A DNA stretch of 22,515 nt, from NCBI GenBank assembly GCA_913020725.1, contig CAJWCD010000052.1:1-22515 (forward strand). The letters run 5' to 3'. Source of the DNA: an uncultured Pseudomonadota bacterium (GTDB taxonomy: Bacteria > SAR324 > NAC60-12). Position 1 is the stretch's first letter; each line of letters begins with the position of its first letter. This document shows, piece by piece, positions 1-10,114 of this stretch. The notes under the pieces are model-generated. The model was not told where the DNA came from. It ran no database searches and worked only from the letters and a program-made list of their open reading frames with translations. The translations under genes and the position numbers were made by a program.

Positions 1-73
1 GGCAAACTCAGCCCCGCAGAGAAGGAGGTCAATCGGCGTGTCTCCACGGAAAAACTCCGCGCAGGTTCACGCG

Positions 74-430
74 CTTATTTGCGATAAGGTCTAATTGGAG
101 CAGGTCTGCTACAACCTGCTGCAAAACGCCGCGCAGGCCGTGTTTGAGCAGTCCACGAAAACGATCCTCTTCCAGACTCGTGTGCGTGGGCAGCGGGTGT
201 TGTTGAAAATTCAGGATTACGGAATTGGCATCCCCAAGTCATGGCAGGCGCAGGTCTTCGAACCATTCTTCACAACGAAGAGTCGGCATAGGGGCACCGG
301 ACTTGGACTCTCGGTCAGCCTCCGGATAGCCGAGCAGCACGACGGCGAACTGCGCTTCCGCAGCCGCCCCGGTCACGGCGCCACCTTCATCCTCGACCTG
401 CCGCTGTACTCCGGCAAGGAGGAGTCCTAG
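74..430 (+). pseudogene. C-terminal HATPase_c domain of a sensor histidine kinase, interrupted by an in-frame TAA at 92-94
   Basis: Frame reads LICDKV*LEQVCYNLLQNA (N box), IQDYGIGIP (G1), VFEPFFTTK (F), GTGLGLS (G2). The stop sits where the conserved Q of 'D..QLEQV..NL' is expected. No H-box in this frame within the window. Confidence 0.75.
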
Positions 431-463
431 CGGGCTCCAAAATCCTGATGCCCTCACGGATTT

Positions 464-1732
464 TCACGCGATCCCCAGCAGCTTCAAGGTGGCGTGTGCC
501 ATCACCTTCGCCGAGTTGACAAGATCGTCAATGACAATGTACTCGTCGGGTTGGTGGGCGAGATCGAGGATTCCGGGACCGTAGGCGATGCACTCCTGAA
601 GGTGCCCGATGCGAACAATGTGCTTCTGGTCGTAGGTTCCGGGCGAGATGACGTACTCTGGTTCCTTGCCTAGCACTGCCCGGATTCCGGAGGCGATCGC
701 CTGCACCACGGGCGCGTCTTTTTCGGTCATTGTCGGGATGAACTCCATCACGTCGCGGATTTCATAGCGAAAATTCGGTCGGTGCTGGGTGAGTTCGTCG
801 AGCAGTCCAATCACCTCGGCCTTGACCGCATCCAGTGCTTCCTCGATGAGAAAACGACGATCCAGCACCACTCGGCAGGAATCGGCAACACACGGACTGG
901 GCAGGCCCTCAAAATGCTCCGGTTCACCGCCATGCAGGCTGTTGAGGTTGAGCGTGGACCGCCGTGCGCCGTCCGGAACGACGGGCATCCGTGTTTGCCG
1001 TTGGGCGAGTGCCGGAAACAAGCGCTCTTCCAACAGACTCAGGAACGCCGTCATGTGGCGGATGGCGCTATCGCCGAGGAAGGGCATCGAGCCATGGGCG
1101 ATGCGCCCGAAGGTTTCCACTTCCGACCACCACACCCCACGATGTCCGAGGCAGACGCGATCCACGTTGAGCGGTTCCGGAATGATGACCTGATCGACTC
1201 GCGGCTTGGAAAAGAAGCCCTGCTTGGCAAGGTGAGCCACGCCGCCAAAGCCACCCGTTTCCTCATCCACCGTTCCAGAGATTTCCAAGGCTCCGGGAAA
1301 CCCCGGATGCTCTTCCAGCAGCGCCTCGACCGCGATCACGGCGGCGGCAAGTCCACCCTTCATGTCGCAGGTGCCACGCCCGTAGATGCGACCGTCTTTG
1401 ATTTCAGCCGCAAAGGGAGCGACCGTCCAGCCCTGCCCGACCTGCACTACATCGAGGTGCCCGTTGAAGTGGACGCAGGGTCCGGGGCGCTTGCCCTCGA
1501 TGCGTCCGATCACGTTGGTGCGCGGGTATTGGTCCGAGTCCCCCGGAGCGCCTTCGGCACGGTGGTAGGCGATCTCGAAGTTGCGGGCTTTCAGGCGCAT
1601 GCCGAGGAACTCGGCACAGTCGGTGTAGGCGTCACCCGGAGGGTTGACCGTCGGAATGCGGACGAGGTCTTGTGTGAGCGCAACGAGTTCGTCGCGTTTG
1701 TCCTCGATGCGTTGGAGAAGAGAGTCTGGCAC
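464..1732 (-). CDS. M20 family metallo-amidohydrolase (acetylornithine deacetylase / succinyl-diaminopimelate desuccinylase-like)
   Basis: 422 aa with M20 motifs HFNGHLDVV, GRGTCDMKGG, VDEETGG, IPEP, AHQPDE. Substrate cannot be assigned. Confidence 0.9.
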   Translation of the reverse strand: MPDSLLQRIEDKRDELVALTQDLVRIPTVNPPGDAYTDCAEFLGMRLKARNFEIAYHRAEGAPGDSDQYPRTNVIGRIEGKRPGPCVHFNGHLDVVQVGQGWTVAPFAAEIKDGRIYGRGTCDMKGGLAAAVIAVEALLEEHPGFPGALEISGTVDEETGGFGGVAHLAKQGFFSKPRVDQVIIPEPLNVDRVCLGHRGVWWSEVETFGRIAHGSMPFLGDSAIRHMTAFLSLLEERLFPALAQRQTRMPVVPDGARRSTLNLNSLHGGEPEHFEGLPSPCVADSCRVVLDRRFLIEEALDAVKAEVIGLLDELTQHRPNFRYEIRDVMEFIPTMTEKDAPVVQAIASGIRAVLGKEPEYVISPGTYDQKHIVRIGHLQECIAYGPGILDLAHQPDEYIVIDDLVNSAKVMAHATLKLLGIA

Positions 1733-1794
1733 GGTCGAATTCTAGCTTGCGTAAACTCAAGGTGTAGCAGAATCCGCCAGAGCAATCCAGTGTT

Positions 1795-2997
1795 TCAACT
1801 GCTGTGCTTGGCTTGTGCAGTGGCAACCGCCTGTGCAAGTTTCTGCTGGAGACCTTGGGCTTGGGGCTTGTCGCTGATTTTGGAGAGCAGGTCCACGGCG
1901 TGCCGCATGCGCTCCTGATGCTCCGTAGGCACCGGGAAAGGGAGCAGGATATACGCACCGTTTGCCTCGTAGCAGAGCTGACCGTACTTTTGGAAACAGG
2001 CATAGTCGACGGGTTTGCTGGGCATGTCGCCAACAAGGTTGACACTGTGCCGGATGGCAGTGAGTCCTTGGTTGAGCAAGTCGAAAGTGCGTTGGTGATG
2101 CTCCGTCTCCTGCGTTCCCACGCCAATCACCATCTGCAACTGGGCGAGGATTTCATACATCCCGGCCTCATGGTAACCAACAATGGGGTTGCGGGCTTCC
2201 GCCCGCCGGAGGATGTCCAGCATGAGCTGCCGGTTCATCTCCATCGTCGGCAGCTTCGAGGCGGCCCGCAGCATAGGATCTAAACCGAACTTGATGTCGC
2301 CAAAGGGAATTTTGCTGAGGTTGCGTAACTCCTTGAGGTTGAGTGTGTAGTCATGCCGCAGCGGCTCTTGTTTGAGAAGTTTCAGGCTTTCGGCAACAAA
2401 GCCCAGGCCCGCCTTCAGACGCCGGAGTTGTGCTTCGAGTATCGTCTCCGAGGTGGATTTTCCACCGCCTAGTTTCTCTTCGGTATTGGCCTGATCGGCC
2501 TTCAGGAATCCACCTAGTTTTTGAAGATAACTCTGCTGCGCCAAGATGAGCAGGTTGAGTTTGCGCGTGCTGAGTTGCGTAGCTTCTGCTTCCAAAGTCG
2601 CCAGCAGATAGGCATCCCGGAAGGCGATCAGATTGCACTGGCTGCCTTCCTTGAACAACAAATCCAGCAAGTCCAGCCGTGCTTCCGAATCATCAAGGGC
2701 TGCTTCCAGTCGGGCAGAGAGTTCGCGGGCTTGGGCAGTGTTGAGCTGTCCGGCAAGCCGGTTGCCCGTAGCATCGAATCCCTCGATGTGGCTGGCATGG
2801 AAGGGGTGCTGGATGGACTTCAACGCTTTTGAGGAAACCTGGACACGCCGATAGTTGCGGAGCTGGGAGCGGGGTTTTTGCAGGTCGTTCCGGAGGACTA
2901 GGAAGAGCTGGAAGGGATCCTGAACTTCCGGAAGCATCCGGACGAGCTTGAGAGTGTCGGTGTCCAACGGAATCAGTTTCACTAAAGGTTTTGGCAC
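1795..2997 (-). CDS. Hypothetical protein, probably largely alpha-helical; start uncertain (GTG at 2997 chosen, ORF open to 3186)
   Basis: Long ORF rich in L/A/Q/E, co-oriented with the M20 gene (62-bp gap). No motif recognised. Confidence 0.7.
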   Translation of the reverse strand: MPKPLVKLIPLDTDTLKLVRMLPEVQDPFQLFLVLRNDLQKPRSQLRNYRRVQVSSKALKSIQHPFHASHIEGFDATGNRLAGQLNTAQARELSARLEAALDDSEARLDLLDLLFKEGSQCNLIAFRDAYLLATLEAEATQLSTRKLNLLILAQQSYLQKLGGFLKADQANTEEKLGGGKSTSETILEAQLRRLKAGLGFVAESLKLLKQEPLRHDYTLNLKELRNLSKIPFGDIKFGLDPMLRAASKLPTMEMNRQLMLDILRRAEARNPIVGYHEAGMYEILAQLQMVIGVGTQETEHHQRTFDLLNQGLTAIRHSVNLVGDMPSKPVDYACFQKYGQLCYEANGAYILLPFPVPTEHQERMRHAVDLLSKISDKPQAQGLQQKLAQAVATAQAKHSS

Positions 2998-3307
2998 AAC
3001 GGCAGAACGCTGCGCCGTGTTCACCGACCCCCGCAAGTTTGCGATCAGGCCGGAGTCAAAGCATGTTTGTCTGAGGGGAAGGCTGCGGATCCGGATGCCG
3101 CGAAAATCGCGTTGGCCAAGGTGAACCCGCTTGATGAGCAACAGTGTAGTCGTGAAAACCGCTTTGGTCAACCCGCCCGTTAACAAGCAGGGCTCTGATG
3201 CTAACGCAGCTTGCCCCCTACAGGTTAAATCCGTGCCTTAAAACGGGCTTTGAGGTGGCGGGCGGACTTGCCGTCTGAGGGCAGGTATGGCATCCTAATC
3301 TCTAGGA

Positions 3308-4744
3308 ATGACCCAACCCCTTGAACCCTACATATTTTCTGTGCAAACCCGTTTGCAACCTGTGATCGAGACTCCGCAGGATTCCGAGTTCGCCCGGAAG
3401 AGTCTGCTGGAGCAAGTGGAGTATTGGCTGCGCAGCGGGCAGGCACCGGACACTGGAAAGCTGGTGCGCTTGGAGGTGCCCTTTCAGGGAGAGGATGCGT
3501 TGCGCTGGCTTGCGCAGCAGCAGCAGCAGCGCAAGCTCTACTGGTCGGACCGCACCCAGCGGCGTCAGATCGCCGGGCTGGGCGAGGCGTGGGCACTGGA
3601 GGCCTGGCAGCCGGATTGCTGTGTCGCCATGTTCCGGGAACTGCGGACGTTGTTGGATTCCGTCCATCCGGCGGTGCGCTGCTTTGGCGGGATGCGCTTC
3701 GATGCCAAGGCTCGCACCGCGCCGGAATGGCAAGACTGGCCGAGCGCCCGCTTCGTGATTCCCCAAATTGCCGTGGAGACCGAAGGCGGCGAGGCGACTC
3801 TGGTGGTGAACATCCTGCGCGGAACCGTTTCAGAAGAGCAATCGGCGCTGCTCGCCATTCGTCAACAACTCCTTGCCCTGCGTTTTGAGGAATGTAAAAC
3901 CCTCGTCGGAATTCCCGGAGTGGAGCGGCGTGTGGACCATCCGGACCAGCAAGGTTGGTGTGCCCAAGTTGCCTACGGGTTGGCAGCCATCCGGCAAGGA
4001 ACACTTCAGAAAATCGTACTCGCCCGCTCGGCGGAATTCACGCTTGAGCAGTCGGTTGACCCCATTCATCTGCTGTTGCACCTCCGGAAGCAAGCGCCCC
4101 AGGCGTTTCATTTCTGCTTCCAGCTTGCAGCGAATCACGCCTTTCTCGGCATCACACCGGAACGGCTTTACTGCCGGGAGCAGCAGCGCATCGAAAGCGA
4201 GGCACTGGCCGGAACACGGACGCGGGGGTTGACGATGGAGGAAGACGTCCAACTCGCACGGGAGTTACAGGAAAGCCACAAGGAGCAGCGCGAACACGAG
4301 ATGGTACTGGAGTATCTCGAAGCAATGCTGCCGGAATTTTGTCTGCACAGCGAGCGGCTTTCACATTTGGAGCCACTGGCCCTGCGGCACGTCCAGCACC
4401 TGCGCAGCCGTATTCGCGGAACCCTACGTCCGGGGGTTTCTGACGCTGAACTGCTGCCTGCGTTCCACCCGACTCCGGCGATTTCCGGAACCCCAAACGA
4501 GGTGGCACTGGCCTATATCCGCGAGCTAGAATCCTTCGACCGGGGGTGGTACGCCGGACCCGTGGGCTGGATGAGCCGTGATGCCGCCGAGTTTGCCGTT
4601 GGTCTGCGCGCCGGGTTGCTGACCGAGCAAACCTTGCGGGTGTACACCGGTGCAGGAATTGTGGAAGGTTCGATTCCCGAAGATGAGTGGGACGAGGTGG
4701 AATCGAAGATGCGCACTTGGCTCTCGCTACTCAAACAAGCGTGA
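3308..4744 (+). CDS. menF: Isochorismate synthase
   Basis: Chorismate-binding motifs KIVLAR, FLGITPERL, ALAGTRTRG, KEQREHEMV, HVQHL, HPTPAISG, DRGWYAGPVGW, GAGIV. First gene of the men cluster. Confidence 0.9.
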   Translation: MTQPLEPYIFSVQTRLQPVIETPQDSEFARKSLLEQVEYWLRSGQAPDTGKLVRLEVPFQGEDALRWLAQQQQQRKLYWSDRTQRRQIAGLGEAWALEAWQPDCCVAMFRELRTLLDSVHPAVRCFGGMRFDAKARTAPEWQDWPSARFVIPQIAVETEGGEATLVVNILRGTVSEEQSALLAIRQQLLALRFEECKTLVGIPGVERRVDHPDQQGWCAQVAYGLAAIRQGTLQKIVLARSAEFTLEQSVDPIHLLLHLRKQAPQAFHFCFQLAANHAFLGITPERLYCREQQRIESEALAGTRTRGLTMEEDVQLARELQESHKEQREHEMVLEYLEAMLPEFCLHSERLSHLEPLALRHVQHLRSRIRGTLRPGVSDAELLPAFHPTPAISGTPNEVALAYIRELESFDRGWYAGPVGWMSRDAAEFAVGLRAGLLTEQTLRVYTGAGIVEGSIPEDEWDEVESKMRTWLSLLKQA

Positions 4745-6510
4745 TCCCGCCCAGCGCAATTTGGAACCCTCGCTGGGGAGAGTGGCTGGTCGAGGAACTG
4801 GTCCGCAACGGCTGCACCACCTTCTGCATTTCTCCCGGATCGCGCTCCACCCCCCTGACCCTCGCTGCTGCCCGCCATCCCCAAGCCGAATGCCGCAGCG
4901 GAATTGACGAACGCGGCTCTGCCTACTTTGCGCTCGGACACGCCCGTGCCACCGGACGGCCAGCCGTGTTCATCTGCACCTCCGGAACTGCGGTGGCCAA
5001 CGCACTTTCAGCAGTGATCGAGGCTTCCGTTGAACACCTGCCCCTGCTGGTTCTTTCTGCCGACCGCCCTCCGGAACTCCAGGACACTGGAGCTAACCAG
5101 ACCATTGACCAAACCAAGCTGTTCGGCTCGCACGTTCGTTGGTTTTTCGATCCGGGCTGTCCGGGGCCGGAATTTTCACCGGAGAGCCTGCTTTCGATGG
5201 TCGATCAGGCGGTTCACCGCACCCGACATCCTGTGCCGGGACCGGTGCATCTCAACCTGCCCTTCCGCGAACCGTTTTTTCCAGCAGATGAACTTCCGGA
5301 AAAAAAGCAGCCCTCCGTTGAACCTGCGCCTCCAGAAGCATGGCAGCGTGAAGTACAACCATGGGTGCGCCACACCAAACCCTGCCGAGTTCCGGATGAT
5401 TCTGTCTGCACCGAACTGCGCCAGAACCTCCCCAAACGGGGTATCCTCAGCGTGGGGCGGATTCCTCTGGATGCTCGCCTGCCAGTTCAGGAGTTGGCGC
5501 AACGCTTAGGCTGGCCGATTTTTGCAGACACCACTTCCGGGCTGCGGCTTGGTCCCTGCGAAAACCGCATCACGCATTTCGATCAGCTTCTGCTCGACGG
5601 ACTTCCATCTGCATCTTGGCAAGCGGACGCAATTTGGCACCTCGGATTTCCTCCGACCTCTAAGCGCTGGCTGAGTTATTGGGAACAAACTCCAGCCCCG
5701 CAGATGGTGTGGATCGCCAATCACTCGGAACGCCACGATCCGGTGCAGCGCTTCCGGTTGCGGATCGAAGCGGATTCGAGTTTGTTTTGCAAAACTCTGA
5801 TCTCGGCACTCCCCATGCCAAGCACGGATTCCAATTGGCTCCAGCAGTGGCAGAACGCAGATGTGCAAGTGGCAAAACGAATGGAGACTCATTTCGGAGT
5901 GAACGACGCAGAGCCGATTACCAGTGAACTGCACCTTGCCCATTGGCTCACGCGGCAGATCGCTCCGGAACACGCACTCTTTCTCGGCAACAGCCTGCCC
6001 GTGCGGATGGTGGATTTCTACGGAAGTGGCTCTGGTCCAGAGGTTCCCGTGGTGGCCAACCGAGGTGCTAGCGGGATTGACGGTTTGGTCTCGTCCGCAC
6101 TCGGTTACGCCCAAGGAGCGCAGCAGCCCGTGACGCTGCTGATTGGCGACCTCTCACTGCTGCACGATCTCAACAGCCTCTCCGGACTGGCTCAAGCTGA
6201 TCCTCCGGTGATTGTGCTGCTCATCAACAATCACGGCGGCGGCATTTTCTCGTTTCTACCTGTTGCCCAGCAGGAGGATGTCTTTGAACGCTGCTTCGGA
6301 ACTCCGCACGAGCTTGATTTTCGTCACGCCGCCAAGCTCTTCGGACTGGACTACGAAGCCCCGGATTCTCTACAATCGTTAAGTCGGGCCTACAAGTCTG
6401 CTGTTGCCCGCAAACGCTCTGCCCTGATCGAGGTTGTGACCGACCGCAAGGCCAACGTCCGGGAACAGCAACACTGGCAAGAACGACTTCGCAGTATCTT
6501 TACTCACTAG
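4741..6510 (+). CDS. menD: SEPHCHC synthase (ThDP-dependent)
   Basis: [73 protein letters not shown] at 4741 overlaps the menF TGA (GTGA), so it is preferred over the ORF-track start at 4687. Confidence 0.95.
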   Translation: MIPPSAIWNPRWGEWLVEELVRNGCTTFCISPGSRSTPLTLAAARHPQAECRSGIDERGSAYFALGHARATGRPAVFICTSGTAVANALSAVIEASVEHLPLLVLSADRPPELQDTGANQTIDQTKLFGSHVRWFFDPGCPGPEFSPESLLSMVDQAVHRTRHPVPGPVHLNLPFREPFFPADELPEKKQPSVEPAPPEAWQREVQPWVRHTKPCRVPDDSVCTELRQNLPKRGILSVGRIPLDARLPVQELAQRLGWPIFADTTSGLRLGPCENRITHFDQLLLDGLPSASWQADAIWHLGFPPTSKRWLSYWEQTPAPQMVWIANHSERHDPVQRFRLRIEADSSLFCKTLISALPMPSTDSNWLQQWQNADVQVAKRMETHFGVNDAEPITSELHLAHWLTRQIAPEHALFLGNSLPVRMVDFYGSGSGPEVPVVANRGASGIDGLVSSALGYAQGAQQPVTLLIGDLSLLHDLNSLSGLAQADPPVIVLLINNHGGGIFSFLPVAQQEDVFERCFGTPHELDFRHAAKLFGLDYEAPDSLQSLSRAYKSAVARKRSALIEVVTDRKANVREQQHWQERLRSIFTH

Positions 6511-6518
6511 AAAACATC

Positions 6519-7346
6519 ATGCTCGAAAACTACTGGGCCTCCGCCGGAGATTACACTGACATCCTCTACGACAAGTCCGCTGAGGGCGTCGCCAAAATCA
6601 CTATTAACCGTCCGGAGGTGCGCAACGCCTTTCGACCCCTGACAGTGCGGGAAATGATCCACGCCCTCAACGAAGCGCGTGAAGATACAAACACGGGAGC
6701 GATCATCCTCACGGGTGCTGGAGAGCAGGCGTTCTGCTCCGGAGGAGACCAGCGCGTCCGGGGGGATTCGGGCTACAAAGACGGCGACACCGGGCACCTG
6801 CGTCTCAATGTCCTCGACTTCCAGCGGCAGATTCGGAACTGCCCCAAGCCTGTGGTGGCGATGGTGGCGGGATATGCGATTGGCGGCGGGCATGTTCTGC
6901 ATGTGCTCTGCGACCTCACGATTGCCGCAGACAATGCGATTTTCGGGCAGACCGGACCCAAGGTCGGTTCCTTTGACGGCGGCTACGGTTCCAGCTACCT
7001 CGCCCGCATCGTTGGTCAGAAGAAGGCGCGGGAAATCTGGTTCCTCTGTCGGCAGTACAACGCCCAGCAGGCCTTGGAGATGGGGCTGGTTAACACCGTT
7101 GTCCCCTTAGCACAACTGGAGGAAGAAACCGTGAGCTGGTGCCGCGAAATGCTCCAGCACTCGCCCATCGCCCTGCGTTGCCTCAAGGCGGCGCTGAACG
7201 CCGATTGCGATGGACAGGCCGGGCTGCAAGAACTCGCGGGTTCTGCGACCATGCTCTTCTACATGACCGAGGAGGGGCAGGAGGGCCGCAACGCCTACCT
7301 CGAAAAACGACCTCCGGATTTCTCCAAGTTCACTCGCAACCCCTGA
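6519..7346 (+). CDS. menB: 1,4-dihydroxy-2-naphthoyl-CoA synthase
   Basis: [65 protein letters not shown]. Confidence 0.97.
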   Translation: MLENYWASAGDYTDILYDKSAEGVAKITINRPEVRNAFRPLTVREMIHALNEAREDTNTGAIILTGAGEQAFCSGGDQRVRGDSGYKDGDTGHLRLNVLDFQRQIRNCPKPVVAMVAGYAIGGGHVLHVLCDLTIAADNAIFGQTGPKVGSFDGGYGSSYLARIVGQKKAREIWFLCRQYNAQQALEMGLVNTVVPLAQLEEETVSWCREMLQHSPIALRCLKAALNADCDGQAGLQELAGSATMLFYMTEEGQEGRNAYLEKRPPDFSKFTRNP

Positions 7347-7362
7347 ACAGTAAAGCTGGTGA

Positions 7363-8199
7363 ATGCAGATGCGGAGGCTGTGGTCATTTGCGTGGATTCT
7401 TCTGCTTCCGATCGGATACGTTCTCATGTTGGCACTCCTACAGCACAAGCTCATCTACCACCCCCGCCCGTATGATTCCTACGAATACGCCCAGCTTGTC
7501 GGCTCCGAATTCGAGGAAATTCGCTACCGCACCTCCGAGGGCGAGCAGGTCGCTTTCTACCGACCTCCGACTGCTGGGGCCAAAACCCCGGAATTCCTCT
7601 GGGTGTTCTTTAGTGGCAACGCCTCGCTTGCACTCAACTGGGTGTGGCTGATCCAGCAGGCGGAAGCACCGGGGGTTGGATTTTTGCTCATTGATTATCC
7701 GGGATACGGACAATGCGAAGGCACGGCCTCGCCGAAAACCATCCTCGAATCGGCTGAACAGGGTTTGCAGGAAACGTGGGCGCTGCTCGGAGTTTCAGGG
7801 AATACGGGCACTCCTGCCTTGGGCGTGTTCGGCCATTCACTGGGTGCTGCGACAGGCTTGCAGTTTGCCGTGCGGCATCCGCTGCGCAAGGTGGTGTTGA
7901 TTGCGCCGTTCACCAGCATGGAGGACATGGCCGCACTGGTGGTGGGACGCTGGGGGACTCCGTTTCTGCGTCACAACTTTGACAACCGGGCACGGTTGCA
8001 GGAACTGCTCAAACGCGATCCTGCTCCGGAAATCCACCTCTTCCACGGAACAGCAGATGAAACCGTTCCGGTGAGCATGGGTCGGGAACTGGCCGGGTTC
8101 GATTTGCAAAAAATCAGCTACTCGGAACTTCCCAAAAGTACCCACAACTCCATCCTCGACGATGCGCATTCTGCAATCCTGACCGCCCTCAAACCATGA
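7363..8199 (+). CDS. Alpha/beta hydrolase with N-terminal membrane anchor (ABHD13/BEM46/YfhR-like)
   Basis: Hydrophobic N-terminus followed by QHKLIYHP, then FSGNA, DYPGYG, GHSLG nucleophile elbow, APFTSM, HGTADETVP and THN (Ser-Asp-His triad). Its stop overlaps the menA start (ATGA 8196-8199). Confidence 0.85.
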   Translation: MQMRRLWSFAWILLLPIGYVLMLALLQHKLIYHPRPYDSYEYAQLVGSEFEEIRYRTSEGEQVAFYRPPTAGAKTPEFLWVFFSGNASLALNWVWLIQQAEAPGVGFLLIDYPGYGQCEGTASPKTILESAEQGLQETWALLGVSGNTGTPALGVFGHSLGAATGLQFAVRHPLRKVVLIAPFTSMEDMAALVVGRWGTPFLRHNFDNRARLQELLKRDPAPEIHLFHGTADETVPVSMGRELAGFDLQKISYSELPKSTHNSILDDAHSAILTALKP

Positions 8200-9083
8200 T
8201 TCCAGAAACGCTCAAAATCTGGTGGCTGGCCTTGCGTCCTCAAACACTTGGCGCAGCAGTTGCGCCGGTGTCGGTGGGAACCGCAATGGCTTTCGCCGAT
8301 GGCAAGGGGCACGCCCTCGCCGCACTCGTGGCCTTGCTGGGTGCCTTGCTGATCCAAATCGGAACCAATTTTGCGAATGACTATTTCGACTTTGTGAAAG
8401 GAGCAGACACAGAAGAACGGCTCGGACCCGTCCGGGCCACTCAAGCGGGCTTGGTGACTCCAGAGGCGATGCGTCACGCCTTTGGGCTGACCTTCGGCCT
8501 CGCGTTTCTGCTGGGCCTCTATCTCGTGACTCGTGGAGGCTGGCCAATTGTGGTCATCGGTCTCTGCTCGATTGCAGCAGGCATCGCCTACACGGGTGGC
8601 CCTTACCCACTGGCCTATCACGGATTGGGAGATGTGTTCGTGCTGGTTTTCTTTGGTCCTGTGGCGGTGGGTGGAACCTACTACGTGCAGGCGCAGGACA
8701 TTCACAGCACCGTGCTGCTGGCAGGTTTGGGGCCGGGGTTGATTGCAACCGCCCTGCTTGCCGTCAACAATCTCCGGGATGCTGATACCGATGAGCAGTC
8801 CAACAAGCGCACCCTTGCGGTGCGTTTCGGAAAGGATTTCGCCCGCCACGAGTATGTCCTAGCGGTTGGGGTGGCCCTGATGCTGCCGGTGCTGTTGGTG
8901 CTGGAATCCGGAAGCCATTGGGGGGCGTTGCTTGCGTTGCTGTCGCTGGGAGTCGGGCGTTTGCCGATTCAGCAAATTCTGCGCGGCACCGAAGGTATTG
9001 AACTCAATCAAACCCTTGCGCTCACTGGAAAGTTCCTGTTGCTCTACAGCCTCCTCCTTGCCCTTGGCTGGCTGCTCGGCTAA
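8196..9083 (+). CDS. menA: 1,4-dihydroxy-2-naphthoate polyprenyltransferase
   Basis: RPQTL, QIGTNFANDYFDFVKGAD, YTGGPYPLAYHGLGD, NNLRDADTD, KRTLAVRFG; several hydrophobic helices. Confidence 0.96.
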   Translation: MIPETLKIWWLALRPQTLGAAVAPVSVGTAMAFADGKGHALAALVALLGALLIQIGTNFANDYFDFVKGADTEERLGPVRATQAGLVTPEAMRHAFGLTFGLAFLLGLYLVTRGGWPIVVIGLCSIAAGIAYTGGPYPLAYHGLGDVFVLVFFGPVAVGGTYYVQAQDIHSTVLLAGLGPGLIATALLAVNNLRDADTDEQSNKRTLAVRFGKDFARHEYVLAVGVALMLPVLLVLESGSHWGALLALLSLGVGRLPIQQILRGTEGIELNQTLALTGKFLLLYSLLLALGWLLG

Positions 9084-10114
9084 TGGTCTCGCAGCTCCAC
9101 TGGCGCGTTTATCGCTACCGCCTGCCACTGACCGAACCCCTGCGGATGCTTGGGCACAGCTTGCATGAGCGTGTGGGTCTTTTGCTCCAGCTCGAAGACG
9201 AAACTGGCAAGCAAGCGGAGGGTGAAATTGCACCGCTTCTGGGGGTGCATTCCGAAACACTGGAGGACTGCCTGAAGCAACTCCACGATGGGTTTGCCGA
9301 GTTCAAGTGGCCGCAGCTTGCGTCAGCGGTGCGTTTTGGGTTGGAGATGGCACAATGGAGTCTGCGGGAGCAGCAGGGGCAAACTACGCCTGCAGGTCCG
9401 CTGGAAAAACTTGCTCCGCTGCCCGTCAATGGGTTGCTGGTGGGAAGCGTTGGTGCGTTGGCTGAGGAATGCGAACGCCTCCGGAGTACAGGGTTTCAGG
9501 CCGTCAAGCTCAAGGTCGGACGAGAGTCTGTTGCAATCGATGTGGAGCGGATTCGAACTGTCCGGGAAATGCTGGGACCGGAGGTGGAACTGCGGCTGGA
9601 CGCAAATCGGGCGTGGACGCTGGAGCAGGCGCAAGACTTTGCAGGGCAAATCCAAGCCACCGAAATCGCCTACTGCGAAGAACCGTTGCAGCGTCCGGAA
9701 GACATGCCAAAACTGCATGAAAGCACAGGTCTGCCGCTTGCGCTGGACGAATCCTTGTGGACGAATCCGGAACCCTCCACCCTGTCGCTACAAGGTGTTC
9801 AGGCCGTGATTCTCAAGCCGGGGGTGCTGGGCGGCTGGCGGGCCACCTCGCGCTGGGTGCGCTGGGCAAGGAAGCAGCGCCTTCGTGTGGTGTTCTCGAG
9901 TTGCTTTGAATCCGGGCTGGGGTTGGCGTGGATTGCCCGCATGGCCACTGCCTTGTCCCGCACTCCAACTCCATGCGGACTGGACACCGGAAAGTGGCTC
10001 GCACAGGATTTGGTGGACCCGTCGCCAAAAGTTGCGGGAGGATTTCTGTATTTTCCAGAGACTTCTCGGTTATGCGAGGAAAGCTTGGAACTGGTCGGGG
10101 AAGGAAGCGGGTGA
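9083..10114 (+). CDS. menC: o-succinylbenzoate synthase (enolase superfamily)
   Basis: YRLPL, GEIAPL, KLKVG, RLDANRAW, EEP, LDESL, ILKP, ESGLGL, GLDT. TAATG overlap with menA. Confidence 0.92.
   Translation: MVSQLHWRVYRYRLPLTEPLRMLGHSLHERVGLLLQLEDETGKQAEGEIAPLLGVHSETLEDCLKQLHDGFAEFKWPQLASAVRFGLEMAQWSLREQQGQTTPAGPLEKLAPLPVNGLLVGSVGALAEECERLRSTGFQAVKLKVGRESVAIDVERIRTVREMLGPEVELRLDANRAWTLEQAQDFAGQIQATEIAYCEEPLQRPEDMPKLHESTGLPLALDESLWTNPEPSTLSLQGVQAVILKPGVLGGWRATSRWVRWARKQRLRVVFSSCFESGLGLAWIARMATALSRTPTPCGLDTGKWLAQDLVDPSPKVAGGFLYFPETSRLCEESLELVGEGSG

Noticed and set aside
782..1918. 378-aa plus-strand ORF and other long antisense or overlapping ORFs (e.g. 3225-4004, 10591-11364, 13219-14328)
   Set aside because: They shadow well-supported genes in GC-rich DNA and contain no motifs.
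3514..3528. (CAG)5 run in menF
   Set aside because: Short in-frame poly-Gln; unit changes would not shift frame, and nothing suggests phase variation.
7363..8199. Calling the hydrolase menH
   Set aside because: The N-terminal TM helix and the LIYHP, SGNA and APFTS motifs fit the ABHD13/YfhR type, not MenH.
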